Below are positions 37,403-47,684 of a stretch of 64,000 bases of DNA, piece after piece. The stretch comes from Myxococcales bacterium. Lineage in GTDB: Bacteria > Myxococcota_A > Polyangia > Polyangiales > DASUME01. A program made the translations under genes and the position numbers. The notes under the pieces are model-generated. The model ran no database searches, was not told where the DNA came from, and saw only the letters and a list, made by a program, of their open reading frames with translations. Numbering within the stretch: position 1 is the first letter of the stretch; every line of letters begins with the position of its first letter. Location: positions 832,001 to 896,000 of the forward strand of contig JASGJH010000001.1 of the NCBI GenBank assembly GCA_047601445.1, in the 5' to 3' direction.

Positions 37403-38101
37403 TCAGCGCCACTTGTAGCCGCAGCCCACCATCTGGCGGAACAGGGCGTGATCCCGGTAGTAGAAGCTGTCGGAGCCGTACTGGGCACCCACGTTGAAGA
37501 CCAACGTAAAGAAGATGGCTTCGCGCCAGAAGGCTTCGAGACCCAGCACGACCCAGGTGGCACCGGCGAAGCGCGTGTCGCCCTCGCTCGCGTGTCGCCC
37601 CTTGCCGTTCCACATGCCGAGCTGCTGCTCGATGCCGAGGTCGATCTTGAAGAGCTTGGGCAGCGCGATGTCCGTGACGAAGCCGCCTACTACGCCGAGA
37701 CCAATCGCGCGCGCCTCACAGTCACGGCAGGCGTTGCCGACGTGGAAGTAGGGGCCGATCTTGAAGGCGCCATTGGCCTTGGACCAGTGCGACACCAAGA
37801 AGCGGAACGGAGCGCGCAGGTCGAGGCCCACGTTCTGACCCCAGCCCGGCAAGGGGTCGTTCCCGAAGGTGGGGATGGCCGCTTCGATGCCCACGTCGCG
37901 ATTGCCGCCGCCGCCCAGGTAGAGCGACGCCTTGAGCGCCGCGTAGCCCACTTCGCCCAGCACGACGTTGCCCACGACGGGTGTACCGCCGTGCACGGTG
38001 GGCGTGGAGGTCGAGGGCGTGGGCACCTGGGCTTCGGCCACTCGGGTGATCCCCACGAGCATCGAGATGGCGACCAGCGCGCCGAGAAGAAAGCCTCGCA
38101 T
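37403..38101 (-). CDS. Hypothetical exported protein, possibly a small outer-membrane beta-barrel
   Basis: Signal peptide ending AEA; alternating hydrophobic strands; terminal VGCGYKWR. Confidence 0.6.
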   Translation of the reverse strand: MRGFLLGALVAISMLVGITRVAEAQVPTPSTSTPTVHGGTPVVGNVVLGEVGYAALKASLYLGGGGNRDVGIEAAIPTFGNDPLPGWGQNVGLDLRAPFRFLVSHWSKANGAFKIGPYFHVGNACRDCEARAIGLGVVGGFVTDIALPKLFKIDLGIEQQLGMWNGKGRHASEGDTRFAGATWVVLGLEAFWREAIFFTLVFNVGAQYGSDSFYYRDHALFRQMVGCGYKWR

Positions 38102-38263
38102 GCTTCTTGTCAGTCCTTTCTGATGCTGGCGTACAACGGCCAGCCATTGGGGCGAAGTATTGGACGCGCGCGCTGATTTGCACGCATCCTGCGGGAAATT
38201 CTGGGTTCACGAGCCAGGGCGACAGGAGCGCCATGACGGTCTCAATTCGCCCCAGCGCTCGCC

Positions 38264-39543
38264 CTATTTGCTGCGGACCATGGTGACCTTGGCCGCTCCC
38301 ATCAAGAAGCTGCCGCCTGGCAGAAATTGCTCCATGGCAGGCGCACCGTAGAAGACCTGCAGCAACTTCGCGGTCTGTACCACTTTGACACTGTGGATGA
38401 TGTCGTCGTCGCGGAACAGCGGCTGCGGCAAGAACGAGACGTGGCCGCCAGCGAAGTACACCAGCGCGCTGGGCGAGGGCGCTCCGCGGTAGAAATTCAG
38501 CGCGTTGTGCTTGGCCTCTGGATTGACCGAGTCAGGAGGCACGCCGAAGATCAGGGACTCCGCGTGCATGAATTGCAGAACTCCCTCGGGATGCATGATC
38601 ATGCTGGTCAGGGCGCCGCAGTTCGGAGCGACCGGCAACGAGTCGCAGATGTTGGCATCCACGAAGCACGGTGGGCCGCCCGCGTTCGAAGGATCCCAGC
38701 CGAACACCAGGTCCACGCGCGGGTCGAGGGCCGCCAGATAGAACGCGAGCTTGCCGCCCTTGGAGTGCCCACTGGCAGCGATTTGCTGGCGTCGATGCTG
38801 GGTCCGAAGCTCGGATGGGCGAGGATCCAGTCGAGCACCTCTTGCAGCTGGAGCGCTTCGCGATCGTGTTGGGCGCTGGTGCTGCTGCCCTGGGTGTCCA
38901 CGCCGAGCACGATGAAGCCATGGCTGGCGAAGTGGTTCGAGAGCTCGGCATAGAGAGCGTAGTTGGCCTGGAAGCCCGGCAGCACGAACAGTAGCGGGTA
39001 CACGCCCGGCGCGAGCGTCGTCGAAGAGCCTTCGGCGGCGGGTCCGTAGAGGGTCGCGTTCAAGGTCAGGGCGTCGGGCTCGACGATGGTTTGTCCGGCC
39101 GCCGTGCGCATCTCGGGCTGGATGGGAACGGAGAGGTCCTGAGCGAACAGCGGGTAGGGGCCTGGTTGGCCGAGGTCGCGTCCGCTGACATCGAGCTGTT
39201 GGGTCGCGCCCACGTCCGCGCGCACGTGGCCACCGACGAAGTCGAGATCTTCTCCGCAGGGAGCGGCGGCGTCGGGTAGCGCGTCAGGGCCTGCGTCAGC
39301 ACCCGCATCCGCCCCGCCGAGCGGGGGGCCGGCATCGCCGTGGGGTAGCGGTGGAGCGCGGTCGTCATCGCCATCGCCGTCTCCTGACTCGGCGTTCGAC
39401 CCGTCGTCGTCCGGCGCTGCATCGCGCCTGGGACTGGGAGAGCTCGAGCCCATGTCGCAGCCCGACGTCAGCACCATCGCCAGCGTGGCAGCACCGACGC
39501 GGGGCCACAGCGAGCTTGCCCAACTCGTACGAACATCCGGCAT
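38264..39543 (-). pseudogene. Chlorophyllase/dienelactone-hydrolase-like alpha/beta-hydrolase lipoprotein, frameshifted at about 38782 (probably a sequencing artefact)
   Basis: Lipobox LTSGC; YPLLFVLPGF, HFASHGFIV. The nucleophile motif GHSKGG, WDP and GGHVSF lie in the next frame; one added base at 38780-38784 restores SKIAASGHSKGG. Confidence 0.85.
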
Positions 39544-39672
39544 GCGCACCTGCGGTCGAAGTCCGGGCGCTCGGGTGCGAGCGGTCCGGCTCGGCAAGCT
39601 AGCGTGCGGTTCGATGTCCTTGCAAGCCCGGGCCGTACAACCCGTGTGACCTTGGGGGCCAGCCCGCGTGCG

Positions 39673-40725
39673 TCAATCCGGGAGCCCCAGGTCGTGCCAC
39701 CTCACCATGCCACCTGCGAGGTTCGCTACCTTGCTAAAGCCCGCCTTCTTCAAGATCAACGTGCCCATGCCGGCGCGCTTGCCCGTCTGGCACACCACCA
39801 CCACTGGCTTCTCCCGGCTGATCTCTCCGCTGCGCGCCCGCAGCTCGTCGATGGGGATGAGCTGTGCGCCGTTCAAATGTCCGAGCTGGCCGTCGAACTC
39901 CGCCGCGCTGCGCACGTCGAGGATGTGCACATCGTCGCGATGCCGAGCTACCCACTCCGCGGCAATCTCGGTGAGTCCCGCGTAGGTCGTGATCACGGGA
40001 GCCCACTCGTGCACCGGGAGCCTGTCTTCTACCTCAGGGCGTCCCGAACGCATGTTGGCGGGGAGGGCATGATTGATCTGCTTCGGATGCGGTAAGCCCA
40101 GGTTCATCATGTAGCCCACGAAGTCCTCTTCGCGTGCCTCGCCGCCGATGCGCGGGTTGTACCTCTTCTCCTCGCCGATGGTACTCGCGGTGCGCCCCTC
40201 GTAATCGTGCGCCGGATACACCAGGTAGTCGTCCGGGAGGCTGAAGAGGCGCTCCTCGATGGAGCGATAGAGCTGCTGCGGACTACCGCCCTGAAAGTCC
40301 GTGCGTCCCGCGCCGCGCACGAGCAGGGCGTCGCCCGTGAACACCATGCGTTGGTCGTGACCGACGAAGGACAAGCACCCGCTGGTGTGCCCGGGGGTCG
40401 CCCGCACTTCGAGTGTGTGCGCGCCAAACTGCAACGTGTCTCCGTCGCGCAGCGGACGATCCACGTGGGCCGCGTCGTAGACGCCCGAGAGCGCCACCTG
40501 GGCCCCCAGCTCCACCTTCATGAGCCAGGCACCCGTGACATGGTCCGCATGACAGTGCGTATCGACGCTGTAGAGGAGCTTGAGACCGAGCTCGCGCAGC
40601 AGGGCCGCATCGCGCGTGTGCTGCTCGAAGACCGGATCGATCACGATCGCTTCGCGCGACTGCTCGTCGGCGAGCACATAGGTATAGGTGCTCGAAACGT
40701 GATCGAAGAGCTGGCGAAAGAGCAC
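39673..40725 (-). CDS. Persulfide dioxygenase (ETHE1-like MBL fold)-rhodanese fusion
   Basis: FRQLFD..SSTYTY, THCHADHVTG, TPGHT, GDAL, GRTDFQ, YPAHDY; C-terminal rhodanese LDVR...VCQTGKR. Confidence 0.92.
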   Translation of the reverse strand: MLFRQLFDHVSSTYTYVLADEQSREAIVIDPVFEQHTRDAALLRELGLKLLYSVDTHCHADHVTGAWLMKVELGAQVALSGVYDAAHVDRPLRDGDTLQFGAHTLEVRATPGHTSGCLSFVGHDQRMVFTGDALLVRGAGRTDFQGGSPQQLYRSIEERLFSLPDDYLVYPAHDYEGRTASTIGEEKRYNPRIGGEAREEDFVGYMMNLGLPHPKQINHALPANMRSGRPEVEDRLPVHEWAPVITTYAGLTEIAAEWVARHRDDVHILDVRSAAEFDGQLGHLNGAQLIPIDELRARSGEISREKPVVVVCQTGKRAGMGTLILKKAGFSKVANLAGGMVRWHDLGLPD

Positions 40726-40902
40726 GGGTCACCTCCAGGGCTTGCCGCCCATGACGCTAGTGAGTCACGGCCAGGCCGCCTCGTCGAGTACATGCACTTA
40801 CATGCTGGATCGCCTCCCAACCCTCGGACCACCCTAATATTCCGGTGATTTGGCTCACTGGTAGGGTTAAGGCCGGAGATTCGGCGTGCCTTCGATCACG
40901 TT

Positions 40903-43233
40903 ATGATCCCCCGGATGGGGCAGGATGCCCGAGACGTGCGGAGCAGGCGAGTGCGCTGCTGGTGGATGGCGCTCTTCCTGGCGTTCGCGGGCGGCTGCGC
41001 GCGCGATTCCGGACAGGAGCTCACGTACTGGCGCCTCGAGGTTCCCGGGCGAGCAGCGCTCGACGTCGTCCTCCCTAAGCACCTCGACAGCGAGCTGCCC
41101 AACGAGACCGTCACCTACCGCCTGACCAGCGAGGTGAGGTTGGACCCGGAGTTGGTCGGTAGGGAGATCGAGCTGCTCCTGCTCTACTTGCCCGCCGTGG
41201 TGCAGGTGCGCGTTGACGGCGCCGAGGCACGCATGGTGAGCCAGGCAGGAGCCAGCGCGGTGTACGGCGGCAGCATGCCCCGTCGCTTCCTGTTGCCCGT
41301 GCTGGCGAGCCAGCGCGAAGGACCACTTCGGATCGAGCTCTCAGTGCGACATGCCTGGACCCACAGTGCGTGGTGGGAGGCGGCGCCGATGCTCGTCCGG
41401 GTTGGCGTGCCCACGCCGCGCGCCGACAGCAACCGAATCCTCAACGAGCAGGGCGGCTGGTTCGGGTTGATTGCGCTGTCTCAGGTGGGCCTGACCTTCC
41501 TGGTGGTCTACTTCTGGGATCGGCGTCGCCGCGCCTATTTGTGGTTTGCCATTCAGGCCCTCACGGCGTCGTATTACCCGGCGTACATCCTCGGGCTGCC
41601 TGCGGTGTGGTTGGGCTGGGCCATGCAGAATGTAGTGCTGGCACAGTCGCTGGCGGTGGCGCCCATCATCTCGGTGTACTTCAGCCACGCCTTCTTCGGC
41701 TGGCGGCGACCGCACAACGTCTGGCTGGTGCTGCTCGGTATCGCGCTGCTCTCGCCTGTCACCGTGGCGGTGCGTGACTACCAGTACCACGACCTCTCGT
41801 ACGCCTCGCCCATCGTGGTGATCTGCGTGCTGAGCGCGGTGCTCTATCAGCTCGCGATGAGTATCCGCCTACTGCGCTCGGGCAAGGCCGATCGCGGCAC
41901 GGTCATCTTCTTTCTGTGCTGTTGGATCGCCCTGGGCAGCTCGAGCTGGGTCGACCTGTTGGCCTGGCTGGGCGTGGATCTTCTGGCAGGAGCGCGACCC
42001 GCCTGCGCCGGACTCGGGCTGTTCGCGATCTTCCAGTCGTTGCTCCTGGGACGCAGCCACTTCCGCTCGCTGGCCGAAGCCGATCGCTTGAACGAGACCC
42101 TGCGCAGTCAGGTGCAGGCCCTGGAGGCGCGGCAGACCGAGGTGGCCAACCTCAACGACGAGCTACGCAGGCAGATCGGCCGCCGCACGCAGGACATCCT
42201 CACCGCGCTCACGCAGAGCGGCGCCAAGACACCCCACGACATGGCGATCGGCGAGGTGATCGAGGGCCGCTATCGCGTGCTTGGCACGCTGGGCCGCGGG
42301 GGCATGGGCACGGTGTACCGCGTAGAGCGCGTGAGCGACGGCAAGCAGCTGGCCGCCAAGGTGTCCCAGGAGGTGCGCGGACTCGCCCTGGCGCGCCTCG
42401 CCCGGGAAGCCCAGATCGCAGCCAGCGTGCACCACCCGAACGTGGTCTCCATCGTGGACGCCGATGTCGCGCAGGATGGCTATGCGTTCCTGGTGATGGA
42501 GCTGGTGGAGGGCCGCTCGCTCGCCGAGTGTGAAGCTGGGCGCTCGCTCGGTTGGTGTCTGCGGGTGCTGCTCCAAACGCTCGAAGGAGTGCGAGCGCTC
42601 CACGCGCACGGCATCGTGCACCGCGACCTCAAGCCGAACAACATCCTGGTCTCGGACTATCGGCGCGAGGACCCACACGTGAAGATCACCGATTTCGGCA
42701 TCAGTCGCTGGCTGGCCGACGAGCCCGCTCGATTGGCCGCGCAGGACGGGGATCGCGGGAGCAACCAGACGGTCTCGTTGCGCAGTGGTGCCGCGGCCTC
42801 CGGGGTGCGCGATCTGCGCGAGCAGTCCGCCGACGCCAAACGTCCGCACGAGTCACACAGCTCTCCGCAGCTCACGCGCACCGGCGCCATCACCGGGACG
42901 CCGCTCTACGTGGCGCCGGAGCTCTCGGAGCGCGGTGCCCAGCTCACGCCGGCCGTCGACGTGTTCTCGCTCGGCGTCGTCGGCTACCGCCTGCTGATGG
43001 GCCGCCTGCCCCACGTGGAGGCGCCGCTCTTGGTGCGCTTGGCTGGACGCAGAATCCCCAGCATTGCGCCGGTGGCGTCGGTGCGCGACGACCTCTCGCC
43101 GGAGTTGTCGGCGGCGTTCGACGCGTGCCTGTCGCCGGATCCCGAGCGAAGGCCGGGAGTGGAGCGGCTGATCGCGCTCTTGAACGCGGAGCTCGCGCGC
43201 CAAAAATCGGGCGAGCGACTCACCGTCGACTGA
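40903..43233 (+). CDS. Membrane Ser/Thr protein kinase with periplasmic sensor + 7TM (DISM-like) module
   Basis: Signal/lipobox-like AGGC, extracytoplasmic beta domain, about 7 TMs, coiled coil; kinase motifs LGRGGMGTVY, AAK, HRDLKPNN, DFG, GTPLYVAPE, DVFSLG. Confidence 0.9.
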   Translation: MIPRMGQDARDVRSRRVRCWWMALFLAFAGGCARDSGQELTYWRLEVPGRAALDVVLPKHLDSELPNETVTYRLTSEVRLDPELVGREIELLLLYLPAVVQVRVDGAEARMVSQAGASAVYGGSMPRRFLLPVLASQREGPLRIELSVRHAWTHSAWWEAAPMLVRVGVPTPRADSNRILNEQGGWFGLIALSQVGLTFLVVYFWDRRRRAYLWFAIQALTASYYPAYILGLPAVWLGWAMQNVVLAQSLAVAPIISVYFSHAFFGWRRPHNVWLVLLGIALLSPVTVAVRDYQYHDLSYASPIVVICVLSAVLYQLAMSIRLLRSGKADRGTVIFFLCCWIALGSSSWVDLLAWLGVDLLAGARPACAGLGLFAIFQSLLLGRSHFRSLAEADRLNETLRSQVQALEARQTEVANLNDELRRQIGRRTQDILTALTQSGAKTPHDMAIGEVIEGRYRVLGTLGRGGMGTVYRVERVSDGKQLAAKVSQEVRGLALARLAREAQIAASVHHPNVVSIVDADVAQDGYAFLVMELVEGRSLAECEAGRSLGWCLRVLLQTLEGVRALHAHGIVHRDLKPNNILVSDYRREDPHVKITDFGISRWLADEPARLAAQDGDRGSNQTVSLRSGAAASGVRDLREQSADAKRPHESHSSPQLTRTGAITGTPLYVAPELSERGAQLTPAVDVFSLGVVGYRLLMGRLPHVEAPLLVRLAGRRIPSIAPVASVRDDLSPELSAAFDACLSPDPERRPGVERLIALLNAELARQKSGERLTVD

Positions 43234-43266
43234 CCGACGCGCGAGGTCGTCGCAGCGCGCAGGCCA

Positions 43267-44550
43267 TCAAGCCAGCGGAGCTACATTCCCGCGCTCGACG
43301 AAGGGCGAGCGCTTGTAGTCCGGGGTGCACATCCAGTAGGAGTCGGGACTCTTTCCGTCGAGATACTCGTGTAGGCGCGGCGTGGTCCGCAGGTTGTCGT
43401 GGAACGGCTCGAGCAGCGTGCCCTGGTCGGTCTGCAACTCCTTCTTGAGCGGCACCAGATAGTGCGCGTTGAGCAGATGTCCCCAGGCTCCTTTGCGCTC
43501 GTAGCGGTCGCCCAAAATGCGCGTGCTACCGAGGCCGTGGGCAGGGCTCAACATGCCGAGCTGGGCCACCAGGTCACACTCGTTGCCATAGCTCTCGATC
43601 CAGGGCGCGTGGCGCGGCGGGCAGTGGCTGTCGGTCATCGCCACGAAGGGCTCCATGGAGGTGGCGCAGTTGGCAAAGCAGTAAAGCTCGAGCTTGCCGA
43701 TGTCGTCCCGCTGCAGCTTGCTCAGCGCCTCGTGCAGTGCCGGGTCTTGCTCACGGCGCTTCATGAGCTTGCGTGCCGCGCGTCGCTCGGGGCTGACGCG
43801 TTTGCCCGCGCGGCGCGGCATGGTGAAGGAATAGCGGCCTTCTTTCTTGAGCAGCGCCTCTTCGAGCGTCTTCAAGATTACCGCCGACAAGATGGTGCCC
43901 TGGGAGTGGCTCACCAACACCACGCGCTTGACCTTGGGATCGCACAGCGCGTCGAGCAGAGAGATCAAGCAGTTGCGCGCGCCGTCCGTGACCTTGTCGA
44001 AGGCCTTGCCCACGGCGCACTCGAGCAGATCCAGCACCAGGCCGTCGGTGCGGTTGTAGAGCAGGCGGATGGGCCGCTTGAAGAGATCGCTCAGCTGCTG
44101 TGCGTTGGCGCGCGCGACGGCCTGATTGGTGCAGATGCCATTGACGAAGAACCAAGCCTCGGACGGGTAGAGATCGGGGCCGCCGAGTCGGGGCGGCGCG
44201 GTCCACACGTCGTCGCGAAAGTACGGCAGCACCAGGGCCCACTGAGGGAGCACCGCGCGCGCCACGATCTTCACGCCCCTCGACCAGGGCACCAGCAGGT
44301 CGCCCTCGCACACCACGGGTTGGCCCATGCTGGCGTTTTGGAGCGTGTTGCGCGTACGCAGCGAGCCGCGCTCGCCGAAGATGGACTTGAGGACGCGGCC
44401 CCTTGGCTGCGAAAGCGCGCGTCCCACGATGAACGCCAGGTTGAGACTACGCTCGACGGGATGGTCGAGTCGGGTGGCCTGCCTGGTGGCCTCTTCGTGC
44501 TCGCGCGCTAGGACGGCGGACGGCGGTCCGCGTTTGATGATCTGGAGCAT
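43267..44550 (-). CDS. Uncharacterised alpha/beta-hydrolase-like protein
   Basis: WFFVNGI, VLVSHSQGT nucleophile elbow, LYCFAN, NECDLVA, GHLLNAHY. GGGAG RBS. Confidence 0.7.
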   Translation of the reverse strand: MLQIIKRGPPSAVLAREHEEATRQATRLDHPVERSLNLAFIVGRALSQPRGRVLKSIFGERGSLRTRNTLQNASMGQPVVCEGDLLVPWSRGVKIVARAVLPQWALVLPYFRDDVWTAPPRLGGPDLYPSEAWFFVNGICTNQAVARANAQQLSDLFKRPIRLLYNRTDGLVLDLLECAVGKAFDKVTDGARNCLISLLDALCDPKVKRVVLVSHSQGTILSAVILKTLEEALLKKEGRYSFTMPRRAGKRVSPERRAARKLMKRREQDPALHEALSKLQRDDIGKLELYCFANCATSMEPFVAMTDSHCPPRHAPWIESYGNECDLVAQLGMLSPAHGLGSTRILGDRYERKGAWGHLLNAHYLVPLKKELQTDQGTLLEPFHDNLRTTPRLHEYLDGKSPDSYWMCTPDYKRSPFVERGNVAPLA

Positions 44551-44679
44551 GGTCGGTCTCCCTCGGGAGGAACAACTGCCAGCCCTGTTTTGCCCTGGGA
44601 GAGGGGGCCTTCCAATCGAAAAACTACGGACCTGCCTGCGGTCGCGCGCGTGGCGTTGCCATCCTTGGAGGGGCTGCGC

Positions 44680-45375
44680 TCAGTGATGCCGACCCGCGTG
44701 TCCGCCGGTGACGTGGGCATGGCCGCCGCCGTAGCCCATGCCGTGATGACCGTGGTAGCCACCGTAGCCCCCGCCATAGTAGCCGCGGCCGTAATAGCCA
44801 CCGTAGTAGGGCCTGCCGAAGCCCACTCCGAGCCCGTAACCGAGGCCCAACCCCACGCCGAGACCCACGCGCGGATAGCCCCAGTAGGGCGTATATCCGT
44901 AGTAGCTGCCCCAACCGGGATAGCCGTAGGCACCGTAGTAATAGGGGGAGGGATACGAGGCGATTTGCCAACCGGAGTTGCGCGCGCGAGGGGCAAACTC
45001 GGGCTCGATCTTGGGCGACTCGCCGTGGGGCTTGCTGTCGAAGGCTGCAAGCAAGGGCGAATCACGCGGCGTGAACGCGGGCAGCGGAGGTGCCACGGGG
45101 GCCGCTTGGGGCGCGCCGGCAACGCTGTTCGCAGCGGGTGCTGCGACCGGGGCAGACGCGAGCGGGGGCGCGGCGAGGATGACGCGGGGCTGTGCCGGCA
45201 CGGTGACGACTGGGACGAAGGGAGGCGGCGTCACGGGGTTGGTGCGCGAGTAGAGCGGAGCCTGCACCGGCGTCGTTCCGCGTTTGGCACAGCCGGGTAA
45301 CGCAGCGAGACAGCTCAAGAGAACGGCGAGCCCAAGCTTGGAGCGCCGGCTAGAAGACACGTTGGCTACGGACAT
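44680..45375 (-). CDS. Hypothetical lipoprotein with Pro-rich middle and Gly/Tyr/His-rich tail
   Basis: GGAGG RBS; lipobox LPGC; YYGGYYGRGYYGGG low-complexity tail. Confidence 0.65.
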   Translation of the reverse strand: MSVANVSSSRRSKLGLAVLLSCLAALPGCAKRGTTPVQAPLYSRTNPVTPPPFVPVVTVPAQPRVILAAPPLASAPVAAPAANSVAGAPQAAPVAPPLPAFTPRDSPLLAAFDSKPHGESPKIEPEFAPRARNSGWQIASYPSPYYYGAYGYPGWGSYYGYTPYWGYPRVGLGVGLGLGYGLGVGFGRPYYGGYYGRGYYGGGYGGYHGHHGMGYGGGHAHVTGGHAGRHH

Positions 45376-45497
45376 CGGGGCCTCCCCAGAAGCTTGCCTC
45401 GGTTAACAAGACGACGCGATAGAGGTCGCGGTTCCGTCTACTTCGAGCTCTGCTCGCGCACCTTCACCGGAGCGGCGCTCGATACGCCGAACCTCGC

Positions 45498-46172
45498 TCA
45501 GGTACTGGGCTTCTCTCCGCCCGGCTTGGAGCGGATGGTCTTGCGCGACGGCAGGTCCTGCGTGCGCACACGGTTGTCGAGCTCGTTGGGATTCTCACGT
45601 TCCGCTGGGACCGTCGTGGCGAGCGTCTCCCCCAGCTGTTTGATCACTTCGCACAAGCCGTTCCCCGATTGCCCCTCGCGGATGCGTGTGCCCAGGTGTT
45701 GCGCATACTGGTTCCAGCCCGCCGTCTGCACGCGCGCATGGATGCCCTCGTCCCCGAGGATGACCACCTTGTGCTCGAGCTCCGAGAGCAAGATCAGGAC
45801 TCCCGTGCGTCCGCGCGTATCGAACACCGAGTGCTCGAGGAACGCCATCTCGGCTGCGCGCTCCACCGCGCCCTGACTGCGATGCTGGGGCGTCAGGGAG
45901 CGCAGCACCGCTGGCACGCCGCTCACGAACCAACTCACGATGGCCGCCGCGAATTGGAGCGCGAGCACGTAGGTGGCGCTCCACTCGGGCCGCACGAAGT
46001 GGGCCAGCGCCGCGCTCAGAGCGGACATGCCGAGCACCGTCCACAAACGCACGTCCGTGTAGGGCTCGCTCTGCCCGATGGTGGTGACCACGATCTCGGC
46101 AGCCGTGTAGCGCTCCACCTCGTCGATGGTCTGCTCCACGCGCGCGGTTTCTTCGGTCGTCAGCACGCCCAT
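45498..46172 (-). CDS. TPM-domain membrane protein (COG3762 type)
   Basis: EQTIDEVERYTAAEIV, TRGRTGVLILLSELEHKVVILGDEGI, NPNELDN. Third gene of the lemA operon. Confidence 0.9.
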   Translation of the reverse strand: MGVLTTEETARVEQTIDEVERYTAAEIVVTTIGQSEPYTDVRLWTVLGMSALSAALAHFVRPEWSATYVLALQFAAAIVSWFVSGVPAVLRSLTPQHRSQGAVERAAEMAFLEHSVFDTRGRTGVLILLSELEHKVVILGDEGIHARVQTAGWNQYAQHLGTRIREGQSGNGLCEVIKQLGETLATTVPAERENPNELDNRVRTQDLPSRKTIRSKPGGEKPST

Positions 46173-46175
46173 GGC

Positions 46176-46940
46176 TCACCAATCCCCGGAGGCGCCGCCG
46201 CCACCAAATCCGCCGCCTCCGCCGAAGCCGCCCCCACCACCGCCCCCACCGAAGCCGCCCCCACCGAAGCCACCGCCGCCGAAGCCACCGCCGCCGAAGC
46301 CACCGTAGTAACCACCAAATCCGCGACGTCGCCGACCAAAGCGACCGCTCAGCAGCAGGAACACGAACAGCACCACGAAGATGAGCAAGAGCGGGGGCGC
46401 TCCCTGCTGGTGTTGCCCGCGAGCCTGAGGCAGGGCGTTGGGATCCCCGCGCCCCTGCGCCATGAGCACATCGAACGCCTGATTGATGCCGCCAGGCATG
46501 TCGCCGGCGCGAAAGGCAGGCGCCATCACTTCGCGCACCACACGTGCCGCGAGCGCGTCGGGAATGGTGCCCTCGAGTCCGTAGCCTACCTCGATGCGCA
46601 TCTTGCGGTCCTGCGGGACCACCAACATCACGAGGCCGTCGTCTTGCTTGGCACTACCGAGCTTCCAGGCCTCGGCCACCGCGATGGAATAGTCCTCGAT
46701 GGGCTCGTCGCCGAGCGTGGGCACCGTGAGCAGGGCGAACTCCTGGCTGGTCGCCTGCTTGTGCGCCAGCAGCTTGGTTTCCAGCGTCTGCCGCTGCTCC
46801 GGCGAGAGCACGCCTGCCAGGTCGTTCACCGGGCCCCGCAGGGGAGGCACGTCGAGCGCCCGCGCGGACACCGCCAGGCTGCACCAACAGAGCACAGCCA
46901 GCGTGAGCCCTCGCCAAAGAGAGCCCATCGAAATCCTCAA
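46176..46940 (-). CDS. TPM-domain protein (YgcG/COG1512 type) with Gly-rich tail
   Basis: VNDLAGVL, WKLG...DDG, RIEVGYGLEG, terminal GGGGFGGGGASGDW. Confidence 0.93.
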   Translation of the reverse strand: MRISMGSLWRGLTLAVLCWCSLAVSARALDVPPLRGPVNDLAGVLSPEQRQTLETKLLAHKQATSQEFALLTVPTLGDEPIEDYSIAVAEAWKLGSAKQDDGLVMLVVPQDRKMRIEVGYGLEGTIPDALAARVVREVMAPAFRAGDMPGGINQAFDVLMAQGRGDPNALPQARGQHQQGAPPLLLIFVVLFVFLLLSGRFGRRRRGFGGYYGGFGGGGFGGGGFGGGGFGGGGGGGGFGGGGGFGGGGASGDW

Positions 46941-47545
46941 AACGCGACCTCCGGCGGCTTCTCGCTGCCAGGGTCGCCCTTGAAGGTGGCGCGCTCCTTC
47001 TTGCCGCGCATGGAGGCACCGATGCTGCTCGGGAAACGCAACACGGTCTTGTTGTACTCCGCGACCGACTCGATGTAGCGCTTGCGTGCCACCGTGATGC
47101 GGTTCTCGGTGCCCTCGAGCTGGGCCTGCAGATCACGAAACTGTGCGCTCGCCTTGAGGTCCGGATAGTTCTCGGACACCACCAAGAGGCGCGAGAGGGC
47201 GCCCGAGAGCTGCGCCTGGGCAGCCTCGAACTTCTGCAGCTTCTCGGGGTCGTCGATGATGGACTGGTCCACCGTCATCTTGCCCACGCTGCTGCGGGCC
47301 TCGACCACCTTCTGCAAGGTCTCCTTCTCGAAGTTGGCCGCTCCCTGTACCGTCTTCACCAGGTTGGGCACCAAGTCTGCGCGCCGCTTGTACTGGTTCT
47401 CGACCTCGGACCACGCCGCCTTCACGTCTTCGTCGCGATCGATCACGTCGTTGTAACCGCAGCCTGTGCTGGCGGCGAGCGCGATGAATGCCGCGAGCCA
47501 GAGCTGGATGGGGACGGCCCAACGCATCGGAGAGCTGTTTTGCAT
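46937..47545 (-). CDS. lemA: LemA family protein
   Basis: GCGYN, AWSEVENQYKRRADLVPNLV, ENYPDLKA, QLEGTENRI. Confidence 0.95.
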   Translation of the reverse strand: MQNSSPMRWAVPIQLWLAAFIALAASTGCGYNDVIDRDEDVKAAWSEVENQYKRRADLVPNLVKTVQGAANFEKETLQKVVEARSSVGKMTVDQSIIDDPEKLQKFEAAQAQLSGALSRLLVVSENYPDLKASAQFRDLQAQLEGTENRITVARKRYIESVAEYNKTVLRFPSSIGASMRGKKERATFKGDPGSEKPPEVAF

Positions 47546-47684
47546 CGCGTAACTATGGATCAGAGAATCGAAACGACGCAGGCTCCTTTTGCATCCCCGT
47601 CGTGGGTACGTGCCAGCGCGACGCGCGCCCTCGTGCGCGCGAGCGGCAGAAATATCGCTCCCAAACGGCGTCTCTCTCGTGTGC

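Noticed and set aside
46190..46310. ccgccgaagcc tandem repeats
   Set aside because: They encode the normal GGGGF tail of a YgcG-type TPM protein.
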